Notes under the pieces: generated by a model
The model's database searches: none
Seen by the model: only the letters and a program-made list of their open reading frames with translations
What the model was told of the DNA's origin: nothing
Part shown: piece by piece, positions 27,654 to 41,147 of the stretch
Layout: the number at the start of each line of letters is the position of its first letter
Position numbering within the stretch: position 1 is the stretch's first letter
Program-made: the position numbers and the translations under genes
Assembly (NCBI GenBank): GCA_951406725.2
Contig: OX597832.1
Span: 46,686,001 to 46,750,000, forward strand
From: Octopus vulgaris
Taxonomy: Eukaryota
Direction: 5' to 3'
DNA length: 64,000 bases

Positions 27654-28360
27654 TATTACACTATAAAAACTAAGTGACATACTTTCACGTGATCTTCTCA
27701 CAAATTCTACTTACCTCTTCTGTGTATTATTATGTTGTTTTTTTGTCATGTTAATATCTGAGGAATATTTTGTTATTTTCCTACTTTGTTACTTTCTCGT
27801 TATTTGTTAACGGTTGATTTTCTTAGAAAAATTACTTAAGGCTTCATACCTGCGATTTACCTTTATGCCGCATAATTTTCTTATGAGAACAAACAGCTGA
27901 TTCTCTCTCTTCAAGTACGTTCTATTTTAAACTAACAAAGTGACTGCTATTTATAATATTTTCTGTTAAGCATTATCGAATTCAGAATTATAGCAATCTA
28001 TTGTTGAAGAATATCCTATTAAATATGTCTTAGAGTTTTGCCGGCGGCACTATTTAAATCAATCACGGATAATGGTATGCAGGTTGTTAGTTTTTGCTGT
28101 TGTTGATTTTTAGTGACGGCTCAGGTCTTAATTCTTTATATCTGTGGTTGAATTTATTACACGTATAGCCATCTGTTCTTTATATATATATATATATATG
28201 TATATATATGTGTCTTTTTTTTACATTCCGTTATCATAAAAGCAACTTTATGTTATCTGATGAGTTACTCTGTACATTTGTATAATACAAATTTATTTTT
28301 CTTATACAACAAAATGTTGTTGTTACCAGTGACTTCGAAGTCACATATATATACATATGT

Positions 28361-28796
28361 GGAGCAGGAGTGGCTGTGTGGTAAGTAGCTTGCCTACCAA
28401 CCACATGGATCCAGGTTCAGTCCCACTCCGTGGCACCTTGGCCAAGTGTCTTCTACTATAGCCTCGGGCCGACCAAAGCCTTGTGAGTGGATTTGGTAGA
28501 CGGAAACTGAAAGAACCCGTCGTATATATATCTATATATATGTATGTATATGTTTGTGTGTGTGCGCACGCGTGTGTATATGTTTGTGTGTCTGTGTTTG
28601 TCCCCCAACATCGCTTGACAACCGATGCTGGTGTGTTTACGTCCCGTAACTTAGCGGTTCGACAAAAGAGACCGATAGAATAAGTACTAGGCTTACAAAG
28701 AATAAGTCCTGGGGTCGATTTGCTCAACTAAAGGCGGTGCTCCAGCATGGCCGCAGTCAAAAACTGAAACAAGTAAAAGAGTAAAAGAGTAAAAAG
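28361..28796 (+). mobile_element. Family B SINE, full length
   Basis: Head, CORE-like motif, internal (TA)/(TG) tract, tail ending (GTAAAAGA)n. Confidence 0.93.
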
Positions 28797-29359
28797 TATA
28801 TATGTGTGTGTATGTGTGTGTGTATCACATTTTACATTGACCTTCTTTGGGTCTTTTAAAGACAGAGAGATAGTTGCGGGAGATTCGGTTAGTATTTCCA
28901 TCTAGTCAAGAGTTTCCGGTGTGACGTCTACACTTCTTTTAAACCGGTAGTTCTAACTACAACAACTCTGAAAATAACTAAAATGAGATTGCCGTATATG
29001 AATTTGTCTCAAAAGCACATAGTAACATTATACACTATTACGTAAGACTTAGAACATATATTAATGTTTAATTCATGAAAATGAAACTTGTATAGATCTG
29101 GGTTATTCGGCATATTTTCCCAAACGCATACGGTAAAACTATCGCAAGCAGGTATACACAAGCATACACACCATTTACCTTTACAAACGTGTGTGTTCAT
29201 ATATACGTTTGTGTTGATACTTATGCGTTTATATGTATGTGTTTTTATATGTGTGTATATAAACATTATTTCATAGCAATTTATTCATATTCATATTGTT
29301 CATTTTCTACCTTTATGGGGAAGAAGTTTGTTTTTCTAGTAAGTGAGAGCTTCCGTTTA

Positions 29360-29610
29360 ACGACGGGCTTCCTTTCAGTTTCCGTCTACACTAGAAGACA
29401 CTTGCGCAACGACTCACATAGTGGGACTAAACATGGAACGACGTGTTTGAGAAGTAAGCTTCTTACCAAAATGCCACGCCTGAATATAATGCATGTTTGT
29501 TTTATTCAGTTCTTAAAAAAAGTCACTTGCACAACGTGTCACATAGTGGGACTGAACATGGAACCACGTGCTTGAGAAGTTAGCTTCTTACCAAAATGCC
29601 ACGCCTGAAT
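29360..29610 (-). mobile_element. Two tandem diverged family B SINE 5' fragments
   Basis: CACTTGC..CACATAGTGGGACT..CTTCTTACCAAAATGCCACGCCTGAATATA occurs twice, about 125 bp apart. Confidence 0.7.
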
Positions 29611-30195
29611 ATATATGTATGTTTGTTTTTGTATTCAGTTCTTACAAAAAAATACATTAAAAATGAAGGATTACTGCAAATTTTTTGTAAAGTAAAAATA
29701 AATTATTCTTTAACGAGAACAATATTGACAGCGACTTCAAAGTTTCAGGCAGCTTGGCGATCATCAGACTGTTGTACATTTTTATTGAAGATGGCTTTGT
29801 ATAGTCACTGTTAAGTTGAAAATTTCTTGAGTAAATTGATGTCTCGTCGATGATTATTAGATTGTAGGGTAGGCGAGGTGATGACGAGATGTTACGAGGC
29901 GACGTGTTATGGGTAAGCTATAGTGATTAAATTATGTGTGTGTATGTGTGAGTTTGTATTCTGTGTGTCTGTGTATGTCTTTGTCTGTCTGAATAAATGA
30001 TGAATTAAATATTGAATGTTTCTCAGAATTAAATATTTCTACTTTAAAATTGATCTTAATTCCATTTCCGTATATTTGCATATGTTTAGAAAATTATTAA
30101 GAAATTGTCAAAGTCAATTACATCGGCATCATTACCAGATTGATAACAGACGAAGGCCACATCATTTCAGTTTCAATTGAGGAGAAATATATTCA

Positions 30196-30452
30196 GGTGC
30201 AGGAGTAGCTGTGTGGTAAGACGTTCACTTCCCAACCGCATATTTTCTGGTTCAATCCCCACGGCATCGCATCTTGACCAAGTATCTTCTACCAAAGACC
30301 CAGGTTGATTAACCCCTTGTGAGTGATTTGGGTAGATGGACACTGAAAGAAGACTGTCGTGTATGTATCTATCTATATCTCTCTTTCACTCCATCTATAT
30401 TTATGCTTGCGTATTATGTGTGCATGTGTACATATGTATTTATATATATATG

Positions 30453-30504
<52 letters not shown>

Positions 30505-30833
30505 ATATATATCACCGTGATCACCGTGATCACCGTGACCGACCAGGCTATCAGATGTTGCTACATATCGCTGGTCACAATGCGATTTGCATTGTTTTAG
30601 CCTTCACACGATACCACCCCGCTGGCTAAGCGAGCAGGCCAATAGAAGAAAGAGTGAGAGAAAGTTGTGGCGAAAGAGTACAGCAGGAACCGTCCCCACC
30701 CCCTGCCGGAGCCTCGTGTGGAGCTTTTGATGTTTTCGCTCAATAAATATTCACAACGCCCGGTCTGGGAATCGAAACCGTGATCATACGATCGCGAGTC
30801 CGCAGCCCTAACCACTGGGCCATATATATATAC

Positions 30834-30866
<33 letters not shown>

Positions 30867-30952
30867 TGTATGTATGTATGTATGTATGTATGTATGTATG
30901 TATGTATGCATGAATGTATGCATGTATGTATGTATGTATGTATGTATGCATG

Positions 30953-30991
<39 letters not shown>

Positions 30992-31168
30992 GTTTGTTAT
31001 TGTGCCTCTGTTTGACCATCAGCACCAACACGTAGCGGTTTGGCAAAACAGACCGATAGAATAAGTAGGAGTCTTGGAAAAACAAAAGTACAAGGATCGA
31101 TACTTGCCACTAAAATTCCTCCGGAGTAGTGCCCCAGCATGGCGGCATGCTCAAACAAGTAAAAGATA
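30196..31168 (+). mobile_element. Old family B SINE split by a nested family C SINE
   Basis: 5' half at 30196-30360, 3' half at about 30990-31168. Confidence 0.75.
30511..30822 (-). mobile_element. Family C SINE with (CACGGTGAT)n-ending tail
   Basis: Reverse complement of 42773-43071. Confidence 0.9.
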
Positions 31169-32093
31169 ACAGTTATATATAGATATATATATCAAATAAT
31201 ACATATATAATAAAACATAACATTTTATTCAGATTTAGCGATCCAGCTATGCAGTAAACTCAGAAACAGCGGTAATATCAAAACAAATTTCCATGCTAAA
31301 GAATACATGTAAACTTGATTTCGCTAAATGATACATTGAAAACATATTTATTTCTTTTTTGGTTCGTTATCTTCTAATTTGTTTTCTTAACTACGTTTAC
31401 AAATAGATATGAAATAAGTTGGCGAATACGCTATTTTTCTTAAGCTACACGAATTCCGTATCTGTTATCTGTTTTTCCAGACGATGTTAAATTTCTTCTA
31501 ATTATCTCAACTGTATTTGTGATGTTATCTGCTAGATTTTCTTTCTAGTCTGTTTACCGTTAAATATTTTAACAACATTTAAAATACATATTGACACAGA
31601 AGATTTCAGAACGTTTGAGAATGAAATAAATCTCGCAGCATACAAATAGGATCTTTCTATCAAATTATATTTGTTTATAGTTTTCAGGTTTTCCTTTCGG
31701 TATTATATTTAAATTGACAAAAAACTGTAACATTTCCGATGTTCTATGGAAGATATATACGTGTAGTTTTACACATACATACATAGACACACGCACACGT
31801 ATATGTATATATATATATACACATATATATATACACACATATATTTACATATATATATACACATATATATATATATATATATACATACATATATGCATAT
31901 CTATATATATACATATATATATATATATGTATATATTCAAATTTGTTCATTTATATATGTTTATATATATATATATATATAAATATATATCGTAAAGATA
32001 TCTCATATTGCATGTTATATACATGGTATACTAAATGTGTATATATTAATATATGTATATTACATATGTATATGTGTATGTACACACACACAC

Positions 32094-32146
<53 letters not shown>

Positions 32147-32250
32147 CGTGTGTGTATGTGTATATACATATATACATAAATACATGCACATATATACGTT
32201 TATGCAATTACATACGTACACATATAACACACATATACGTATGTGTATGT

Positions 32251-32292
<42 letters not shown>

Positions 32293-32769
32293 ATTCGCAC
32301 GTGTCTGTGTTTGTGTGAGTGTGTGAGTGTCTGTATTTAGAACTTAAAAATTTATGCAAACATTTATGTAAGAGAAAAATCTGTAAGCCGACGAACGCCA
32401 AAGAATTTTTAACATTGATTTTGAATATAATATACTTAAAAATTTGTTTCTAAAAAATTCTAAAAACATTATTTTAAGATATTGTTTTAGCAGAGCTCAG
32501 ACACAACCATCCTATTCACATACACTCACACTCACGCACGTTTATGTGTGTGTGTGCATATATATATGTATACATTCGTATGTACTTATATATACATATA
32601 TGAGTGTAGTGGAAGACATTTCTTCTATTCAGTAATTGCTTTTGCAATCGTCAAGCTTAAAAACAGATGATTCAGGTTCTAATTTAATTTATCATTTTAG
32701 ACGTTGTATTTCAACTTTTATATTTCTGAGATCAGACAATTATTGTTTTTGCGCCATATTGGGATGGAT

Positions 32770-32775
32770 TGTTAC

Positions 32776-32808
<33 letters not shown>

Positions 32809-32835
32809 CATTATTATTATTATTATTATTATTAT

Positions 32836-32909
<74 letters not shown>

Positions 32910-33125
32910 TTGCAGTTATTTTTATCACCATCATCATCATCATCATTATCATCATCATCATCATTATTATCACCATCGTCGTCATCATCATTATCATCGT
33001 CATTGTAGCATGATTATTCTCATCCTTTTCCTTCTGATCCTCCTCCCCTTCCTCTTCCTCCTCCTCATCATCCTCATCATCGTCATTATCATCATCATCA
33101 TCATTGTCTTCGTCATCATCTTTTA
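32770..33125. repeat. Compound (TTA)/(GTA)/(CAT)/(CCT) repeat
   Basis: Direct inspection. Confidence 0.95.
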
Positions 33126-34175
33126 TCATGACAATATCCTAGTTATTTTTTTTTTCTTTTCACAAATCGAAACTTTCTATTTTTTCTTTCATTTCCAAGT
33201 ACATTTTTCTTTTTCACTTTTTTTTTATCCAATTTTAGCGCTGACTGTAGTTTTCAAGTGTTTAAACTGCGATAGTGTTATTCTATTTTTTGAATTCACA
33301 GTTTTAAAATGATTGCCATCGACCGAAACTTTAATCTTCTAAAAAGATTTTATTTTATAAGAGCTAAAAGTTTGCTTTTTTTCTTTTGTAAGTAAACCAT
33401 CATCATATATAGAAGTGTGGAGACGTTTACTTAGTCACATGCTTTTATACGTACGTTGATGAACAGACAGATACAAGCATCGATAAACAGATTACAGAGA
33501 CGAGCACACATATGCAAATACAATCATGTGTGTGCATGTGTGTGTGTGTATGTACGTGTCGAATGTGTGTGTGTGGGTGTGGGGGTGTTTGTGCGTGATG
33601 AGCGTTCGTGTAATTTAAATTTGTGTCATCTTATAAATCTTTGCTTACACCAATCGTCTCCAAGTATATGGGTGTGCGCATCACATTACTGCGGAACACC
33701 AAAGCCAGAAACAGCTGTATAGGATTACCAATATGCCCTACTCTCTTATTGTGAGGCTCTAAATATGTACATACCTGTTTAGCAAGAATTACTACGAAGA
33801 AACTGCACAGAATTTTTCTTCTCTCTTATCTCTGTGACACTGGGGTGTGCACTTTCAGTATATATGTCTATCTAGGAAGAATTACTATATATTTTCAAAC
33901 TTACTTCTGCATAACTATTTTATAAATGCTTTCATACAATTAATAATCGCCTACCCATTTTTTTCTCTTATATTACTTTCATTCCTTCAATCCGCCTTCT
34001 CTTCTTCACAGAAGAATTTTAGAAATGTGAACTAGTGAAAGTGCTATTGTTTCTATCTATTATTATGCGCCATTTTAAGTGCTCTTGCGTAAAGACGTGT
34101 GTGTGTGTGTGTGTCTGTGTCTGTGTGTGTGTCTGTGTACTGTTCCCTGTTACGTGATGGGAAGATCAATGAAAA

Positions 34176-34275
34176 NNNNNNNNNNNNNNNNNNNNNNNNN
34201 NNNNNNNNNNNNNNNNNNNNNNNNNNNNNNNNNNNNNNNNNNNNNNNNNNNNNNNNNNNNNNNNNNNNNNNNNNN
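34176..34275. other. Assembly gap (100 N)
   Basis: Run of N. Confidence 1.
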
Positions 34276-34991
34276 CCTTTAGTAGAACGGATTATTATTA
34301 TTTATTTCTTTATTGCCATCAAAGAGCTAAATATAAAAAAGACAAACAAGGACAGACATCATACGAAAGGGATGTATTCTTTTCTGCTGTTTCGCATCAG
34401 TATATATAATACGCTACATGTCTATATTCACACATTTTTGTGTGAGTGGATACTTTAGCGTGTGAAACTGCTGAATTTGTTGCAGTTTATAAGATTTATT
34501 ATACTTTTATAACGCATTCTACACAAACTGCAGTCGTTGTATTTAATTTTTGTATTTGTTTCATAGCGTTTCTACTCCCTTGCTAAAATAGCGTCTCTAC
34601 TTCGTTTTTTCTGTTTGTCCTTTGCATTTGAAATGAGAGAAACTAACACAACAAACCGAGTGGGAGTGAGTGACAGCTAGAGATGCTAAACGTATGTGAA
34701 TTGTAATGAGATATTTTGCTCTGATGTCGATGGCATTTTGATCAAAACCAAATTAATTTTTATCGTAAATTGTATTCATTTTATCAGTTTCACACACACA
34801 CACACACGAGCACACACACACACACATACACACACACACACGCACATACGCATACACACACAAGCACACACACGAGCACACACACGAGCACACACACACA
34901 CACACACACACGAGCACACACATGCGCACGAACAGACACACATATAAATGCATGTCAAATTAATTTTTTTCGGTCACACGAATACACACGA

Positions 34992-35087
<96 letters not shown>

Positions 35088-35667
35088 GCGTGCAAAAAAA
35101 TATATATCAAATTAAATCAATTTCTAACTTTAATTGTTTCTGCCACCACGCAATATGACAGTCAACCCCAAAACATCCTTACAAATTTGCAAAGCTTTAC
35201 GGTAACATGGCGTTTAAAACCCTACACTCCGTACAGACACACATATCCAACCTAAGGTACAAGTATCAATGGCTTTATTACTTGCTAACACCGAGTGTTC
35301 AAAGTGCAAAACTATTACTGTCAAATAGCTTTCATATGCCTTCTGAATCCAAGATGGTCGCCCTCGCCTTAGCCACAACCAGAATCTACTGATTGGAGTA
35401 GTTGAAAAACAAAATACACCAGTCTCGGGTTTCCTACTGCAACCTATATGATAGTATAATACTCCTCTTGGCAAAGTTATTGTTTATTCGTCCCTTATAG
35501 ATATGTAGCTCGATTTAAACTGCTACCTGCATACCATAAACTTGCTGGGGCAGAGCTCATGTCTGACCAAACAACACTAACAGCAACAACAACAAGAACA
35601 GCAAGTACGAGAGAAGACGTAATGCGAATATATACCGATGAATATTTTAGTTTAAAATTTTTGTATT

Positions 35668-35888
35668 TATTTTACTTGTTTCAGGCATTTGACTGGGGCC
35701 ATGCTGGAGCAACGCTTCGAAGGGTTTCAGCCGAACAAACCGACCCGAGCAGTTATTTTTCAATCCTATTAATTATATTGTCGGTCTCATTTGCCGAAGC
35801 GCTAAGTTATTGGGACGTAAATGCGCCAACGCCGATTGCCAAAAAGTGATGGGAGGACAAACACAGACATGAACATACACACACACAA

Positions 35889-35986
<98 letters not shown>

Positions 35987-36061
35987 ATATATATATGTAT
36001 ATATATATATGTATATATATGTATGTATATATATATATGTATATATATATGTATATATATG

Positions 36062-36150
<89 letters not shown>

Positions 36151-36308
36151 GGCGGGCTTCTTTCACTTTCCATCTACTAAATCCACTCGCAAATCTTTGG
36201 TCGGCTCGAGGCTATTGTAGAAGACACTTGCCCAAGATGCCACGCAGTGGGACTGAACTTGGAACCACGCGACTGGGAACTAAGCTCCTTAACCACACAG
36301 AAATGCCT
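35668..36308 (-). mobile_element. Family B SINE with expanded internal (TA)n
   Basis: Tail 35668-35875, microsatellite to about 36149, head to about 36308. Confidence 0.85.
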
Positions 36309-36360
36309 GTCGTTGAATATCGATGAATATTATAATTTAATATGAAAATGTATGGCACTT

Positions 36361-36910
36361 CTAAATGTAGTGCAGTCGCTTGCATCAGAATGCCAATATC
36401 AATATAAACTGGTAAGGCTCAGATATATATCTGATATGTAAAATGAGAAAGTTTGCCGCCAAACTGATTGTTAATATTCTACTCGAATCCAAATATTTCA
36501 CACACAAATAACCAATTTCCAATATCATATGGAATCTACTAAATTGGTATTACATGAAATTGTAATTGACGTTGCTCAAAACTAGTTTTATCAAAAAGTA
36601 CGTTCAACTTTAGTTATTCAATACTGGACAAACTTTTCTGGAAGTTGAACAAGATTTGATCAACGTTCATCGTAGCCTGCTCAACGTTAGGCAAAGCCCG
36701 CTCAATTTCAGTCACAGACGGCTCAACATTATCAGAAGATCGTTCAACATTTACTCTTTTACTTGTTTCAGTCATTTGACTGCGTCCAATCGATCCCTGG
36801 ACTTATTCTTTGGAAGCCTAGTACTTATTCTATCGGTGTCTTTTACGTAAACACACGTAAACACACCAGCATCGGTTGTCAAGCGATGTTGGGGGACAAA
36901 CACAGACACA

Positions 36911-36971
<61 letters not shown>

Positions 36972-37200
36972 CGCTAGTTATAGTATTTTGTCTCACAGAG
37001 ACTCCTCAACGATATTTTTTATTTATTTGTTACGTGTTTCAGTCATTAGACACACCGGTGTGAAATATTTGGATCAGAGTAGAATATTAACAATCAGTTT
37101 GGCGGCAAACTTTCTCATTTTACATATCAGATGTATATCTGAGCCTTACCAGTTTATATTGATATTGGCATTCTGATGCAAGTAACTGCACTGCATTTAG
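36361..37200. repeat. 143-bp inverted duplication (arms 36361-36503 and 37058-37200)
   Basis: Arms are reverse complements, with about 6 mismatches counted by eye. Confidence 0.93.
36751..36912 (-). mobile_element. Family B SINE 3' half
   Basis: CTCTTTTACTTGTTTCAGTCATTTGACTGCG..CACCAGCATCGGTTGTCAAGCG. Confidence 0.85.
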
Positions 37201-37395
37201 TCTTTAGTCGAATGAATCGACACTAGTGCTTATTATTTTTTGTAAAGCCTGATACTTATTCCGTCGATATCTTCTTGCTGAACGGTTAAGTTACGGGACG
37301 TAAACACACCAGAACCTGTTGTCAAGCAGACACAAAGGCACACACACACACACACACACACACATTTTCCGTCCACCAAATCCAGTCACAAGGTT
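37025..37395 (-). mobile_element. Family B SINE interrupted by the inverted-duplication arm
   Basis: GTTTCAGTCATTAGAC before 37050; TTTAGTCGAATGAATCGAC resumes after 37200. Confidence 0.75.
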
Positions 37396-37399
37396 TTGG

Positions 37400-37740
37400 A
37401 AGGGAGCCAGTCGATTAGATCGATCCCAGTACACAACTGGTACTTAATTTATCGACCCCGAAAGGATGAAAGGCAAAGTCCAGAACATAAAAAACAGACA
37501 AAATACCTATTTCTTTACTACCCACAAGGGGCTAAACACAGAGAGAACAAACAAGGACAGACAAACGGATTAAGTCGATTACATTGACCCCAGTGCATAA
37601 CTGGTACTTATTTAATCAACCCCGAAAAGGATGAAAGGCAAAGTCGACCTCGGCGGAATTTGAACTCAGAACGTAACGGCAGACGAAATACCGCTAAGCA
37701 TTTCGCCCGGCGCGCTAACGTTTCTGCCGGCTCACCGCCT
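37400..37740 (-). mobile_element. Family A SINE with a partial second unit
   Basis: Reverse complement of the family A consensus. Confidence 0.9.
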
Positions 37741-38300
37741 TGGCCCGACCATTCATTGTTGACTTACTTAGAGATATCCAACAATTTGTAACAAGAATAT
37801 TATTCAAGGAATTAATCGTCCTTAGTGCTTGTGAATCTAGTTCTTTGACTCGGTTCACCAAAAATTAGATACTAGATTCTGTAATATCTTTTGGCTGTTG
37901 TTTCGTATAGGAAGGGATAAAACAGGAGTATTTAATATGGTAGTGATCAATCGTGACTGGAAACACACAAGATTGGCTATATGTAATGCGTCACTTAAGA
38001 GACGGAATTCAAACGCCCGGTCCCCTTAATGATAGGCTTATATCATTCGAACTCTTCCATTCCCAAGCTCCCGTTGCAAAGTGTTTGCCGAGAAATTGCA
38101 TTTGGCAAAGTAACATTTTGCAACATGTGTATGATACGTAAAATTCAAGTAGTTTTTTATTATTATTATTGTTGTTGTTGTTGTTGTTGTTGTTGTTTGT
38201 ATTAATTAGATAATATCATTTAATATTACATAATGCAAAACTGTAAACATTACCGGAAAATTCTCAGCACATGAAACTGATAGTAGAAAGTTATCAAATA

Positions 38301-38373
<73 letters not shown>

Positions 38374-38445
38374 TAAAAAAAATAATAATAATCATCAAAG
38401 AAAAAAGTAAGTATATATATCTATATATGTATATATGTATGTATA

Positions 38446-38503
<58 letters not shown>

Positions 38504-38511
38504 CATATATT

Positions 38512-38550
<39 letters not shown>

Positions 38551-38773
38551 GAATGATAATAAACGATATCGTTTATCATCATCATATGTTTATCTTGTGG
38601 CACGATATTTACATATCATAAATATTTACTGAAGGATATCAGCGAAATACTTTATTGCCACGGACACAACACGACTCTGTAGAACAAAATAAATGAAAGC
38701 AAAGTCATGGTGTATTTCTTAAATTTTTTTTTATTTTTCAAAAAAAAAATTATCAGAAACAACACGGCAATGC

Positions 38774-38774
<1 letters not shown>

Positions 38775-38833
<59 letters not shown>

Positions 38834-38841
38834 TGATGATG

Positions 38842-38893
<52 letters not shown>

Positions 38894-38922
38894 CAATAAT
38901 AATAATAATGATAATGATGATG

Positions 38923-38956
<34 letters not shown>

Positions 38957-38957
38957 T

Positions 38958-39013
<56 letters not shown>

Positions 39014-39063
39014 TAATAATAATAATAATAATGATAATAATAATAATAATAATGATAATAATG

Positions 39064-39095
<32 letters not shown>

Positions 39096-39162
39096 CATAA
39101 TAATAATAATAATAATAATAGCAACAACAACAACAACAACAATGAGGAGGAGGAGGAGGAGG
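38775..39162. repeat. (AAT)/(GAT) microsatellite
   Basis: Direct inspection. Confidence 0.96.
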
Positions 39163-39458
39163 TTGATGATGTTTGCTGGATTCTCCTTTTTTGTATTTTT
39201 ATCAATATCATAGTATCTAGAAAATTGTAATTGAAATTTTTTTTTCTTTATATATTATCTTACAGGTTTTCTTATACTAATAGATATTTGAACATAGAAA
39301 TCTCTTAAAATTTATGAGAGATTTGGAAAAATGAAGAACTGGTGGAAGGATGTGATCAAGTGAGAGTTTGGAATTCTGTGGTACTGAGTGTTAAAAATGA
39401 ATCCGACGCAATTTGACATAGAAAAGAAGTAAAAAGTTTTGGGAAATTTATGAAGGGA

Positions 39459-39868
39459 GGCGTAGGAGTGGCTGTGTGGTAAGTAGCTTGCTTACGAACC
39501 ACATGGTTCCGGGTTCAGTCCCATTGCGTGACACCTTGGGCAAGTGTCTTCTACTCTAGCCTCGGGCCGACCAAAGCCTTATGAGTGGATTTGGTAGACC
39601 GAAACTGAAAGAAGCCCGTCGTATATACGTATATATATTTATGCATGTGTGTATATATGTTTGTGTGTCTGTGTCTGTCCCCCCAACATCGCTTGACAAC
39701 CGATGCTGGTGTGTTTATGTCCCCGTAACTTAACGGTTTGTCAAAAGGGACCAATAGTATAAGTACTAGGCTTACAAAGAATAGGTCCTGGGTCGATTTG
39801 CTCGACTAAAGGCGATGTTCCAGCATGGCCACAATAAAAATGACTGAAACAAGTAAAAGAGTAAAAAG
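39459..39868 (+). mobile_element. Family B SINE, full length
   Basis: Matches 28361-28796. Confidence 0.93.
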
Positions 39869-40208
39869 AGGCAAGATATGTAGAAGATATGGCTCGATAA
39901 TATTGATATAGATGGAGTAGACAATGTTAAGATGGTGTAGAGACGCATACACAGACTGAGAGACTGAGCGAGAGAGAGAGAGAGAGGAGGAAATAGAGAA
40001 AAAGAGGGAGCAATATAGAGAAAGGTAGAAAAGGACAGAGAGATAGGAAATGAAAATGCGAGACAGAAAGAGAGAGAGAGAGAGAGAAAGAGAGCGAGAG
40101 AGAGAGAGAGACAGGAAGGCGAATATACAGAGAGTAGCTAAAAGAAAACTGCAATCAAAAGAAGACGAGAAAATGGCCAGAAGATAACGTACATGTATGG
40201 ATGAATGC

Positions 40209-40467
40209 GTGGAGGCGCGTGGCTTAGTAGTTAGGGTGACAGCACCATGATCGTAAGATTGTGGTTTCGATTCCTGGACCGGGCGACGCGTTGTGTTCTT
40301 GAGCAAAACACTTCATTTCATGTTGCTCCAGTCCACTCAGCTGGCAAAAATGAGTAACGCTGCGATGGACTGGCGTCCCGTCCAGCTGGGGAACACATAC
40401 AACATTGAAACCGGGAAACAGGGCCCATGAGCCTGGCTAGGCTTTAAAAAGGGCGCATTTTTTATTT
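40209..40467 (+). mobile_element. Family D SINE with 13-bp TSD
   Basis: tRNA-like head GGAGGCGCGTGGCTTAGT..GTTTCGATTCC; TATGGATGAATGC at 40196-40208 and 40468-40480. Confidence 0.92.
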
Positions 40468-40871
40468 TATGGATGAATGCAATGTGTTACAAGTTACAAG
40501 AGAGTTCCAGGAGTGACGGGTTCCTTCTTTTGCTAGACAGATTTACCTCATTCGAATGATCAATTACTGAAGTTCCTGTGCACATTGTTCGTTGACAAAA
40601 TGTAAATAGGCAATAACAATGTTTTAAAGAAGGAATGAAAGTCACGGTTGGTGTCGGTAGGGTTCGAACTCGGGCCGCAGAAAGAAACATTTGCCCTTGT
40701 TCATGTCTCTAGATGTCGAGTGTCCATCATTAACAAGACCAAGGAAGGTCGAAGTCGAGTGTATATATGGCAACTATGACTTCATGCCATTTCATTTCTT
40801 GCGTTATCATTTTATAGGCCACGGCGGGTCTGAAAGAAAAAAAATGGTTTGAATAGCGCGCGTTTGTGTGT

Positions 40872-40910
<39 letters not shown>

Positions 40911-40926
40911 TGTGTGTGTGTGTGTT

Positions 40927-41147
40927 TGAGGGGTGCTGAAATGTTCCTGGCTGTAAGAGTATCACGAGAGGCCTAACTGGAGGCCAAATATTCCGATTTC
41001 TTTTACAGGGCTTAGAAAACCCGAAGGACCGCTGCAATAAGTGTGTGAATCTGAGAGGGAAATATGTTGAACAGAATCATAATTAACCGATCTTCCTGTA
41101 TTATCTTTTTAGCCAAAGCCAGAAACATTTACAGAATCCCCTCTGTA
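40927..41147 (+). mobile_element. mariner-derived MITE
   Basis: Homologous to 26706-26925; internal segment translates RCNKCVNLRGKYVE. Confidence 0.72.

Noticed and set aside
34079-34458. ORFs spanning the N run
   Set aside because: Artefacts of the assembly gap
35349-35362. YY1-like CAAGATGGTCGCC motif
   Set aside because: A single imperfect short motif with no other promoter evidence
40648-40680. tRNA-like 3' end (GAGTTCGAACCCTACCGACACCA, minus strand)
   Set aside because: No cloverleaf; more likely a decayed SINE head
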